DNA of 55,116 nucleotides, filler included, from Catajapyx aquilonaris (Eukaryota): NCBI GenBank assembly GCA_000934665.2. It is 4 parts of 4 records of this genome, joined end to end, with 100 filler letters (N's around TTAATTAATTAA, not from the genome) between each part and the next. Parts side by side here need not be neighbours in the genome. Positions count along the whole stretch, not along the records: positions 1 to 13,710 come from JYFJ02008010.1; 3 more parts are not named here. One strand, 5' to 3'. Positions 1 through 11,052 of the stretch are shown here, piece by piece (within the stretch, counting starts at the first letter, position 1; every line of letters starts with the position of its first letter). Under the pieces are notes generated by a model. The model had not been told where the DNA came from. It saw only the letters and a program-made list of their open reading frames with translations, and ran no database searches. The position numbers and the translations under genes were made by a program.

Positions 1-97
1 CTGGTGTGAAAAAGGGAAGGAAACAATCCCCTCTTTGTGGGAGTAGTCCTGGTTACCATTAACTATAATGATCGTTATGACCGGAAGGGGCATCACA
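1..97 (-). repeat. 3' LTR, first 97 nt only
   Basis: Exact repeat of 13517-13613; begins TGTGATG on minus strand immediately after the PPT. Confidence 0.95.
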
Positions 98-110
98 TTC
101 ACTCCCCCCT
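98..110 (-). promoter_or_regulatory. Polypurine tract
   Basis: Minus strand AGGGGGGAGTGAA abutting the TG start of the 3' LTR. Confidence 0.9.
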
Positions 111-349
111 AAAAACTATAGAAATTAGTTCGGTGAGGCCGAAGTAATTTCTATAAGCAATAAAAAAAAAATATATACATGGAAATTGTAACACCAAAAA
201 TCCAATCGTAAGGAGAATTATTAAAAACAAAAATGTTGGATAGGCTGGCTATTTAGTTGGCGTAGCGTGTAGGTAATTAATGGTCTATAATTGTGACAAT
301 ACCACAATTGAGAGAGAGAGAAAAAAAATAAAAATAAAAGGAATAAAAA

Positions 350-2719
350 TCAAATGCTTAATATGTGGGGCCACTCAGTTAACATGCCCTGTTGCAACGC
401 AGTGCAACTAAAATCACATTACTTTAAATTCTTATGACTGTACAATCTTGGCTGATTCTAGGGTATTTGGACAAGTGTTATACCAAAAACCATAATAAAG
501 CCTGGGTAAACAAGATTGTAGCACTGAATGCCCTCTCGATATGAATAGTACAAATGTTAAGAAGAACGACCGGAAGTACGTTGCATGACTGAAACAGTTC
601 ATTGGAGGGGCCCAGATTCCTAAGGGCTTACAGCTGGTGGTTTGGGTCTGGGACCGTAGGGTCCTGGCGACAACTAGTAAACGTTTTCGGGGAGGACCCA
701 AAATTGGGGGCAGGTGTTGTCCAAACAACAGCTTACAGGGGAAACTACCAAGTAATTTCCGGGGTGCTTACAACACGAAATTCATGTGTATATGGGGTTA
801 ACAAAAACCGTTAAATGCTTGAGGGACAATGAGACAAATGCTCTTGGGCAATTGCATTTGACTGATCATAAGAAAAGTTGATTTGAGAGGTATATAAAGA
901 TTCTGGGACTCGTACCCGACAGATACCTTCGAACGGTGTGGTGGGAACAAAATACTTCACTCTAGATGCACTTTCCTTTCACTGTTCTTGGGATCAACGG
1001 GCGTCACTGCTTCTGCACTTAATAGCATTTCAGCGTTAATGTTGTTGACACTCTTCATCCTGAATGAGTGTAACCTTCACTGCACTGCACTGACACTGGT
1101 TCCAGTAATATCTCTGACCTTCTATTCAGAACGGGACATTTACCAGTGCTTGGCAACAATTGGTGGTAGCGGTGGGATGGATGAGCATGGCTAACCATAG
1201 TTAACCTTGTCTATTTCTATTTCTAACCATCCTTGTATAACACTAACATTTGTTACAGTAATCCATTTTGTATCTTATTCGAAACAGGACTCTTCTGTGA
1301 CTTAAGTGTAATATAGGACACTCATGTGCAATTAAATCGATTATTAATCCGAGTCATTACAGACTGCATGCTAGTTGGCAACAATATGCATAAGTATGAT
1401 AGACATACAATAACATAATTATAGCTTGACCTCTATTACTATTTGCAATAATTCATAGTATTTCCCACACAATATCTTAGGCGTTATGTTACCTGTTAAC
1501 ATATTGTTTAGTACCATATTATTCTATTTCGTCCCATTTACTTATAATCGTGACCCAGTTCTCCTTATTTCATAGCCCAAAATTGGGAAATGACAGAACT
1601 TCAATATATCAGTGATATTCACACGGTAGCCTCAGTGAACAACCCTAACATTGTGGAGGGCAAAATTGGCAAAATTGGGCAAAATTGGCGTCTTGACATC
1701 AACTGTGTCTAAATTGCTTGGGTACAATGCTATAATATAGAAGTAAGGTCGTACGAAAGGTACTTCACTCTCAGGAGTGACATATAATTGTTAGCAAGGA
1801 ATTCGTTCTCAGGTGAACAAGGCCTCAACAGGGGTGCAATGAAAGCATCGACTCGGCTAAACTGTCGAGCCACCAGGTTAAGCCAACATTCTGATTATCA
1901 AACATGGCAGTTGTAAGGAATGACCCATCCATAAACGTAATTACAGCTGAATCAGGTGGCATGGTTTGACCCCAGCCAAAAATTGAATTTGCTTTGGAAT
2001 TATTGATCTGCACAGGCCACGGGTTCAAAGCCTTAACTCAAGGAAGCATACGCCAGCTTTTTAATGGGAGTGTTAACATTACCCTTATCCTTTTGATTCA
2101 GTGGATACACCTAAGGGACTTATCATGTCCCAAACGCCTTCACATTGGGGCTTTCATTACGCCCTTTTTGGGAAATATAAGGGATTGAGAATGTCCTTGG
2201 TATTTAATAGTTACTATTTCGAACTGGATCCACGACTTGGATAGTTAGTTGTGCATCAACTTAGTAAATATATATATATATTGGACCATAAACACGTGAA
2301 TAAAGACAGTCTGATACGTGTGCGGATAGGTAATATTAGAAGATTGTTACAGGGTGGTGCTGTTGCGTACATCAAGTTCATGTGCCTGAGCTCGTGCCCA
2401 TTTGTGGCAATTTGCTCAGGTAAAACCCATAGGTCGCACGAAAGCCTAAACGAAACGCCTCAGTACATGATGTACAGTAAGAGGCGTTTGTTGCCGTAAC
2501 AATTGATATATTGGAGGTTGGAGCGAGTAATGGACTATTAATGTTGACACGTTAAGTGGCCCACAAAACCACAACCAAAGTTGGCCGCTCGGCTGTGATG
2601 GCTGTCTAATTAATGTGACAAAATGTATCATAGGAGCATTTGCGAGTTGTAGTTCTGGCCACAAATAAACTGCAAAGCAGGAGAAGTATTGTTGGGCGGT
2701 AACAACGTGAGAAAGCCAT
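350..2719 (-). pseudogene. Degenerate secreted CUB + Sushi/CCP-domain protein in the env position of the Gypsy element
   Basis: ATG 2719 MAFSRCYRPTILLLLCSLFVARTTT (signal-like); stitched frames give CSYD..FCGP..SNISIV..GFRATY and YPHTY..TCLW (CUB-like), VQCSEGYTHSG..LKC, SCKPLGIWAPPMNC, YREG/HSVLQSCLP/GFIM (Sushi-like); many frameshifts and stops. Confidence 0.55.
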
Positions 2720-5700
2720 GAGCAAATAAACTTATTTCGTTGGCTTTATATGACCAAAATGAATAAATTTTGTGATCTTACACAAAATTGGAACGAAAGT
2801 GACATATTCCTGACAAGAGAAAAATTCCACAACTGGTGGGAGCCATTAACCCTTCACAAAAATTGGAATGGAGAATTTTTAGAAAGCAACACCGGTCTAA
2901 TGACGGAGATAACCGACTACTGAGCGCGGCACATTACTAATATCCCAAAACATTTCAAGTAGAGAGTGATGCGATGGGCAAAAATGGAGCTGGTGAAAAG
3001 TCAGTGGAGCTTATTGGATTACTGAGTAAAGACATGAAAAATATATATATATCTATATTGAAACTCGTGTCTTGACTAGACCAAACAGGTGGTCGAACAC
3101 TGTCTGATCCTAGGGAGACCTACTAAAGTTCTGGTCACAGGGCTGAAGAGAATGGCCTTAAAGGGAGGCAAGTAGAAGCCCTCAGGATCTACATAAAAGT
3201 GGGAGGGCAGTGACATATGAACCAGGCCCCTGGCCGCTTATTTAAATTCGCTGGGCATATATTATTGAAATCTTTTTATAATAAATTTATATCATCAACC
3301 CGCTCCGACCTGCCTGTTAGGATGCACAACCAACCCAAATTATCATATATTCATAATACTCATAACAATAATCAATTCGTTCGCTGCCCTTTTCCATAAC
3401 TTAATGGGGTATTTCCATTTTTCTTGGGTCATGGACAATGTGAGGACTTTTACATGTCGATTGAGTAAAAATAACATGAAATAAGCTCACCCAACACGTT
3501 TCGGAGACTGGTACATGACGTGCTGGGTGGGTTGGTACTCTCGATTCAAACGTATTCTCCTCCCGGGCTCTGGATATGTCGACAAGCCACCACTTAGGGG
3601 TCAGACCTAGGGTGCTTCAAACTCTTGGATCAATAATGACCTGCATAATTATATAGTTTGACTTCATCCAACATCACAGAGTTCAGAGTATTTTACGCAT
3701 ATTGTCACTATGTGAACTATTCCGCCTCCCACGGTAGGGTCATACTAAAGGTCATTGCAGGTCATGGCTGCACGGGGGCATATTCTGGGTATGGTACCAG
3801 CTACTGGTAATATTGGAAGACTCTTTATTCCAAGCGGTCTTTTCCTGCATAGGCAGAATAAACGATGGCCGGAGAGGAGGAGGAAAAAAAATACGAAATA
3901 AAATATCTCCGGTGTAGCTTGGTAATTATTGGACTGTAGTAACCTGTCAGGGCAGATACTATGTACGTTTAGGGCAGCGAATTGATTATTTGTGGGACGA
4001 ATATTTGCCGTGCCAAAACTCATTCAAACTCCATATTTCTCTGTACTTAAGCCGCCAATTACTAATATCCTTCCCTTCAGAAGATAAGGCCTCGCGTGCG
4101 TTAGCCGACGGACAAGGTGAGAGCCCAACGAAAAGGCAACAATGAACTTGTTTTTGAAATTCATGGTTAGCAAAACATTGCCGAGCACCCTGGACATTTG
4201 GCTGTGTAAGGGACGGGGAACATAACGGCTCCCAAAAGGGGAGATTAGCCCGAGGTTAGCCGAACTGTTGGTGATGACACCAGAAGATGCGTTGTCATTG
4301 CAAAAGGATACTAAGAACTTAAGTCGGGCACAGATTTTTTTTTTTTTTTTTTACAGATATGACCCAACGTTTTGTATTCTTGACGTGATGTGCTACTATA
4401 CGTGGATATATTAGTGAGTAAACATAGTACTCAATGATTAACTTTGCTTCTCGTAAGGGCCTCCACAGACATAGGTGTGGGTAAAATTAAAGCAACTTAC
4501 TTGAATAAAATACAATATTTGTTGATGGCAACCTTAACCAGCTCGACTTAATGATTCCTGGACTAATTGCTTTCAAAACCATTTCGTGATTTTAAATATT
4601 ATTCATTAGTTATCTTGAATTATATATTGTGCCTTCATAAAATATAGCTAATAAGCTGAACATCATTCTACAACCCATCACAACTATTTATCGTAATATT
4701 GTGATTACGTTGAATTGATCATTGATATATTTATTGTGCTCCTTTCACGTATTTTCACAAGTTAAGCCAACAGCACTCTACCGGCACCAATGGAGTTCAT
4801 GACGCTCCACAGTGTCAGCAGGTACTGCTGGTGACCTATCCCTTGGCATAAATTCGAATCCTTATAACTTTGATTGTTAGGTACAAAATTAATTCACCAA
4901 GGGTGGATCAAAAACGCATGAAGCCAAGAGAGACCGGCGCGCTAGCAACGACAGTGCTCCTCGACTCTAGCGTAGATTACAGTAATTAGATAATTTCCAA
5001 TAGCACACCACGTGCTTAACTAGTTCTACGGTGCTAAACCTGTGGTCAGGCGTATAATGTCCTCCTGAACCCAAAAGGCTCCAGATGTGGTTTTGCTGGA
5101 TGTGACAGGTGGGAGGTTGACGCGCCTGAACGGACTGATGATCAGCAGAGGGAGAGACAGAGAGAAAAGGAAGGTGCAACAGCAGTACGCGCCCCAGTTG
5201 AGGTGTACCAGTGAACACTAAGTGTATATGGCCCTGCGTAATGGCAGTACGGAGAGCCATTTGGGGTGGTTCTGTTTGAGATACCGCGACGGAGCCTTCA
5301 CAAGGCTGGAGGTGTTGAGTCACACGGACTCCACCGGAGTGTCGGATGACATATTGAGTGACTTCGGAGATCACCCGCACTCCCAGAGAACTTTAAACTC
5401 TCACCGGATGCCAAAACATAACAACCTGAGGCCTAACGTTATGACAAAACGAGAAGACCCATGGTCTTGATTGTGTAATGAATGGAATTAGCGGGGACCT
5501 CTTTACCGTGGTCGCAACTCTGGTTTTGTAAGTATTCAGTTGCACCGAAGTCTACGCGTTTTCCGAACTGTTAGGATTTGATCAACACCCCTTCCGGGCA
5601 ACATGTAAAACTTATACAGAGGGACTTCCCTAAATTCTGGGCATTCCACCACTTTGGGTTGATCTAAAATAATTTGTCCCAGGTTGGAGTTCAAACCGGA

Positions 5701-6528
5701 CAGGATAGATTCTCCGGGTGTGGCGACGCACTTCTCTGAACTCTTGAATTGAGTTATTAACAAATCCAACAAACCCAGTAAGTTTTTCCGGATACTAATA
5801 TGAATAGGATCATAACCCAATATAATAATAATACCTATCGAACTACGGCGGAGTTGGGATTTACTGAATGAATTATTGGCATTATCGGCTTATCCTGGTG
5901 TAACACTAACTGGTCATGTGCATACATTAAAATAATAATAAAAAAAAATAATGTGTGTGTGTATGCACCAGGTGGCAGTCCTAGCTTACGTGACAGGAAC
6001 TGAGTCAAGACACCTTTTATATTGTTCGGACCAACATGGTCTCAACCTGAGTTTGGGGTTCAGTGCTTAGATGTAGCAGGGTTGAAGGCTTTCATCAGGG
6101 GTCATCTGTGAATTCTCCTGCTGGGTCCTGCTGGGGTCCAAGGAGACGGTTCCAGTCGTCTGTTACATTTGTGTCCCCAGTGAATGGCACGTACTCAGGC
6201 TTCAGTCTGCCACGGCGTCGCTCACTCAGCAACTCCGGAGTGGCTGCACAGTTCAAGGACTGGGCGTGGTCGCCTTTGTTCATTCTCACAGTGTTTCTGC
6301 AACCACACTTAAGGCTATGATTAATATTGTGGAGATCCGACACGATGGCGGTCGTATTGTATGACTGTTGACAAGGTGACGCCTGACACCAAAATGAAGG
6401 CTTAGGGGCACGATTATGACCACCATTTTGACCTGTCGTGTCAAACCTCCAAACAACTAGCTATACATTTGAACAAACACTTGAACAATACACTTGAACA
6501 AAGGAGCCTTACATACACTGAGGTCAAG

Positions 6529-9500
6529 CTATTTCTGCTTTTTACATGGGGAATACTTTTGTGGTGGCTTTCTGTCCCTGCCACTTCGTCGTGGCTCGAC
6601 TTCATAATTAAGTGGGTCTACAGCGACCTGGCGCCTTGGGGGTGGTTCCGGAGGACTGTCCTTTTCGGGACTGGATCGGGGCGAAGGACTCCCAGGAGCC
6701 GATTCTGGTTCTGGCTCGTCTATTCCAAATGCCTCAAATGGCGGTGGACCGGTATGTCCTCTTATAGAGGGAAGAATTATGGATTCATCCGGATCAAACC
6801 TAATGTCCGGACGGATAGTCCGTTTACTCTGCGCTCGAGTAACTCTTTTCGGAACTGATTCCTTGGAATCTGGGGTGTCTGACCTTTTATCTGGCCCAGG
6901 AACCTGGTCCCAGACAGGTTCTGGGTACACTTGTCTCTCAACATGTCTTTTCAGGCGGTTCACATTTACTACCTGAGTAGATTTACTCCCCGTTAATGGA
7001 CGAATTTCCATGACAACAGGTCCTAATTGCCTCACAATGCGAAAAGGACCCGACCAAAGTCTAGATAATTTTTTCACCCTATTTTTCTTCAATTGTGGAA
7101 TAAAAAGCCAGACCGTATCCCCTACCTTGAACCCACGGTCCTTTGCCTTTCTATCATAATATTTCTTGTTCTGTTTCTGCCCTGCTTCCAAGTACTCTTT
7201 GGTTCTTTGGAATATTTCTGGCATTTTCTCAGCTAAATCTTGTTTGTAATCATCGTACTCACGGAAACTTGGTTTTGTGTACTCAAGATTTGCTGCCAAA
7301 GGTAAATCCATATCCCTGCCTAGCAGTAAGTAGTGGGGTGTCTCTTTTGTAGTCGAATGGACAGCACTACGTATGGACATAAGTACAAGAGGTAACAAAA
7401 CATCCCAGTCTGTTTGTTCCTTTGACACCTGCATTGACAAAATTCTGGAAATAGTTTGATTCAGGCGCTCCACTGCTCCGTTACTCATCGGGTGGTAAGC
7501 ACAAGTTCTGATCGATTCCACGGCAAACAATTTACAAATTGACTGTAATAGCTTTCCCAAGAACTGGGCGCCTTGATCGGACAAAATTTGCCTAGGGACC
7601 CCAAACCTGGCAAAGACATTTTCTACTAATATACGTGCGACAGTTTCTGCGGACTGGTTTTGCATAGGGAAAGCTTCTGGCCAGCGTGTCAAGAGGTCAT
7701 TGACCACCAGAATGTACCTTGCTCCATTCATAGATACAGGCAGTGGACCCAAAATATCAACACTTAGCACCTCGAAGGGACGACTAGGAATCTGCATAGC
7801 CTGTAATGGTGCTCGACTATTTGTTGCCCCTTTCTTTTGTAGACACTTCACACATGACTTGCAGTAACTTTCGATATCCTTCTTTTGTCCTGGCCAAAAG
7901 TACTGCCTTCTTATCCGCTCTCGAGTTTTCTTATCGGAGTAATGTGGTGCAAACACGCTCTCATGGAACACTTCCATAATATAACGCCTCATTGTTGCTG
8001 GTACATATAACTGGAACACTGGTTCTTCCCTTCTGTCATTCCACGAAGGGGCCACCTTTCGAAATAGAATGTCATAATCCAAAACATAATCTGCCTCATA
8101 GTTGCCTGCTTTTATCTGCTCTTTCATTGGCCCAATTACTGGATCTCTATCCTGTTCCCTAATGACTCTTTCACGGTCCCAAATGACTGGCTCTAACTCA
8201 TCAGTTTTATCCTTGTTCTTTATCATAAGGCATTGTGACAGGGCCTTTATTACAGCAGTGCTATCTTTCAGTGGTGTCGACTCCGCAATCTTGGCACCTA
8301 TGTCCCCTTGGCATTCTGCTGACTCAGTTACTGCTGGCAATTTAACTCTAGGACTCGTAATTGGGTCAGGGCGTGACTGTACGGCATGGTTGCCTACTGG
8401 GATTGTTTGCTTAATGACCTCCCCATTGTTCTGCATGGCGAATCGGATTCTTGGCTTCCGGTATGGAGGAGTGGGTGGCCTACCTGGATTGTACGTGACA
8501 TCCTCAAGGTGATCAGGGGTTTGAGTGGTTGCAGCATTAGACTGGTCAGGGAAGAAAATGCCCTCTCCCTTGGGCTGATATGTGAAATCTTCGACTTCAT
8601 TTGGTGGGTCACTTATCTGTACTCGGGATAGGCTATCTGCATTTACATGCTTCTTCCCGGCCCTATGCTCTACCGTGAAGGAATGTTCTTCCAGTGCCCA
8701 TTTCCACCGCAAGATTTTTGATCGGGGTTCTTTTTGTGTAAGGATCCACTTGACTGCTGAACAGTCAGTAATTACAGTAAAATGACGCCCGTAAAGGTAC
8801 ACTCGAAAATGCTTTATGGCCCAGACCACGCTTAAGGCCTCCAACTCAAGAGATGCCAAATTTTTCTCATGTACGTTGAGTGTTCGGGACGCATATGCCA
8901 CTGGCAACTCATCGGTCCCATATTTTTGGAACAATATGGCACCAAGACTGATTTTACTGGCGTCACACGCGAGAAAGAATGGACGTTGATAATCTGGGAA
9001 TCTCAATACAGGATATGACGTCAGCGCCTTTTTCAAACGCAAGAAGGAAAATTCACATTCCGTACTCCAATTGAAAATTACGTTCTTTTTGGTAAGGGCT
9101 GTTAAACAGTGAGTCAGGGCGGCAAAATCTGGTATGAACCGCCTATAGAAACCGCATAACCCTATCCAAGAGCGTACTTCTCTTACGGTTTGGGGGCGAG
9201 GATAGTTCAAAATGGCGGATATCTTGTCATTACTGGGTTGGATACCATCCCTACTAATCTTGTGGCCCAAATAATCCAACTCACTCCGAGCAAACTTACA
9301 TTTTGAGAGTTTGGCCTTTAGGTTCACTTCTCGCAATTTGTCAAACAACACCTGCAGGTGCTTCACGTGTGATTCTAGAGACTCAGACACAATTAGAATA
9401 TCATCAAGGTATAACATAAATGTCCGTGGCGATAAGGAGCTCATTACTAGGGCGGACATCATGGCTGCAAATGCACTTGGTGATGTAGCGAGGCCAAATG

Positions 9501-11052
9501 GCAAACGCGGGAAATGGTAATTACCTTCCGTAGTTGAGAAGCCTGTGTAACGTTTGGACCGGTCTGTCAATTTTATCTGCATAAAAGCGCTGTACAGGTC
9601 GACTGTACTGACATAGGCTATTTTCCCAATGGAGTAAATTAATTCTGTAATATTTGGAAGAGGGAAGATGGCGGATTCCACTAATTGAGCGTTAAGTCTC
9701 CGATAATCAATTACCAGCCGCGAAGATCCATCTGCCTTCCCCACAAGGAATGCTGGGCTAGTAAACGCCGAATTTGATCGCTCTATAATTCCCTCCGATA
9801 ACAACCCGTCGATACAATTCCTCATTTGATCCTGTTGCGACTGAGGAATTCGGTACGGTCGACATTGGAATGGTGTAGGATCTTTCAGACGAATGTCATG
9901 CTCCCAATATGGCGTGTGTGAGAGAGGACCACTTACATGAAAAATATCGGCATTGGATTGCAAAAGGTTCAGGACTGCGTCCTTCTCTTCCTCAGGCAAA
10001 TGTTGTAGTTCCTCACTTTTTACTCTATCCCAGTCAATGCCTTGGTCTGTACCGGCAGCTTTTACCACGGGTGTGTCCGTGTGTTCATAGTACTCTGCTT
10101 TGCCTATGCGAGTATTCATGGGAATTTCCACTGGTTCAGCATTTAAGTTTAGTACTCTCAGGGGAATCAGATTATTCGAATCAGGTCTCACCAATGATTT
10201 CGCAATTCCAATCCCCGATACGTTGTTAACTGGTTCCACCAGTAATTCGCGTCCTGCGACATTTCCTACTACTTTTCCAATAGTCACATATTCGCACATG
10301 GGTGGTATAACGGCAGGTTTATACCACGTGACTGCGTAGCACTGATTCTGCTCACGCTCTTGCCCTGTACGCAAGAAAGGAACTTTTGTACCATCCCCCA
10401 TTACCACGGTCCGGTCAGTAATGGCTAAATTCATACCAAAGGCTTGCATGACCTCAATTCCCAAAAGGCCCATACACGGAATCCCTATGGACTGTTCCGG
10501 TACCCATACTTCAACTGGCTTCACCGTTTTGCCTATGCCAAAATTTACGACAGCTTTTCCGACCATTTTAATTGGCTGCCCGGTTACTCCGACCAAGTTT
10601 AAGGAATCATCTCGGATTAATTCCGGTACGCCCTGCAATTGCTTCCAAGCATCTATATCAACTAGTGTGCACCTTGAACCCGTGTCACACAAAAATTTTC
10701 TGGTCACCCCATTTATTTCTATCTCAATTAACGGATGGTTGCAAGCGGCAACGACATTCTGAAACAAGGTCATTAACTCTAATGGCCTTGCTGGCGCGGC
10801 TGGTTCCGCTTGCTTGGAGCTTTCCTCTGGTTTCTTTTCTGGCGTGGGCACAAAAAATGTGGGTTCAGGACAAAGGTGAGTTTTGGGGGTGGGTACTTGA
10901 CAATAATTTGGAGGTACATCGTATATTGGTGAAAGTTGAGGGGACGGTGACTCTGGAGTGGATGGGTACGTCTCCTCTGTGTACCTGTCCGGAATATCGG
11001 CCCTATTCCCCTTTAATCTCCGGCTGAATTGGGTGGGCGCTCCGCATTTCCC
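6529..11052 (-). CDS. pol: Gypsy pol polyprotein (protease, RT, RNase H, integrase), expressed by probable -1 frameshift from gag
   Basis: LCDTGS protease, YLDD RT, CDAS..ELEALSV..NADSLSR RNase H, H..C.SC zinc finger, VDILGP/SDQG/ERLN DDE, WSGPF (GPY/F); frame is open from 11184 to 6529 with no stops. Confidence 0.96.
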   Translation of the reverse strand, partial: GKCGAPTQFSRRLKGNRADIPDRYTEETYPSTPESPSPQLSPIYDVPPNYCQVPTPKTHLCPEPTFFVPTPEKKPEESSKQAEPAAPARPLELMTLFQNVVAACNHPLIEIEINGVTRKFLCDTGSRCTLVDIDAWKQLQGVPELIRDDSLNLVGVTGQPIKMVGKAVVNFGIGKTVKPVEVWVPEQSIGIPCMGLLGIEVMQAFGMNLAITDRTVVMGDGTKVPFLRTGQEREQNQCYAVTWYKPAVIPPMCEYVTIGKVVGNVAGRELLVEPVNNVSGIGIAKSLVRPDSNNLIPLRVLNLNAEPVEIPMNTRIGKAEYYEHTDTPVVKAAGTDQGIDWDRVKSEELQHLPEEEKDAVLNLLQSNADIFHVSGPLSHTPYWEHDIRLKDPTPFQCRPYRIPQSQQDQMRNCIDGLLSEGIIERSNSAFTSPAFLVGKADGSSRLVIDYRRLNAQLVESAIFPLPNITELIYSIGKIAYVSTVDLYSAFMQIKLTDRSKRYTGFSTTEGNYHFPRLPFGLATSPSAFAAMMSALVMSSLSPRTFMLYLDDILIVSESLESHVKHLQVLFDKLREVNLKAKLSKCKFARSELDYLGHKISRDGIQPSNDKISAILNYPRPQTVREVRSWIGLCGFYRRFIPDFAALTHCLTALTKKNVIFNWSTECEFSFLRLKKALTSYPVLRFPDYQRPFFLACDASKISLGAILFQKYGTDELPVAYASRTLNVHEKNLASLELEALSVVWAIKHFRVYLYGRHFTVITDCSAVKWILTQKEPRSKILRWKWALEEHSFTVEHRAGKKHVNADSLSRVQISDPPNEVEDFTYQPKGEGIFFPDQSNAATTQTPDHLEDVTYNPGRPPTPPYRKPRIRFAMQNNGEVIKQTIPVGNHAVQSRPDPITSPRVKLPAVTESAECQGDIGAKIAESTPLKDSTAVIKALSQCLMIKNKDKTDELEPVIWDRERVIREQDRDPVIGPMKEQIKAGNYEADYVLDYDILFRKVAPSWNDRREEPVFQLYVPATMRRYIMEVFHESVFAPHYSDKKTRERIRRQYFWPGQKKDIESYCKSCVKCLQKKGATNSRAPLQAMQIPSRPFEVLSVDILGPLPVSMNGARYILVVNDLLTRWPEAFPMQNQSAETVARILVENVFARFGVPRQILSDQGAQFLGKLLQSICKLFAVESIRTCAYHPMSNGAVERLNQTISRILSMQVSKEQTDWDVLLPLVLMSIRSAVHSTTKETPHYLLLGRDMDLPLAANLEYTKPSFREYDDYKQDLAEKMPEIFQRTKEYLEAGQKQNKKYYDRKAKDRGFKVGDTVWLFIPQLKKNRVKKLSRLWSGPFRIVRQLGPVVMEIRPLTGSKSTQVVNVNRLKRHVERQVYPEPVWDQVPGPDKRSDTPDSKESVPKRVTRAQSKRTIRPDIRFDPDESIILPSIRGHTGPPPFEAFGIDEPEPESAPGSPSPRSSPEKDSPPEPPPRRQVAVDPLNYEVEPRRSGRDRKPPQKYSPCKKQK

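Noticed and set aside
432..728. 98-aa ORF with TM-like FFLTFVLFI as a standalone gene
   Set aside because: Better explained as a frame mosaic of Sushi-like fragments; the hydrophobic run is probably off-frame
98..6528. Intact env (errantivirus-like)
   Set aside because: No long ORF and no recognisable furin site plus fusion peptide
6529..6960. Integrase chromodomain
   Set aside because: C-terminus is Pro/Ser/acidic ending PRRSGRDRKPP; no chromodomain aromatic pattern
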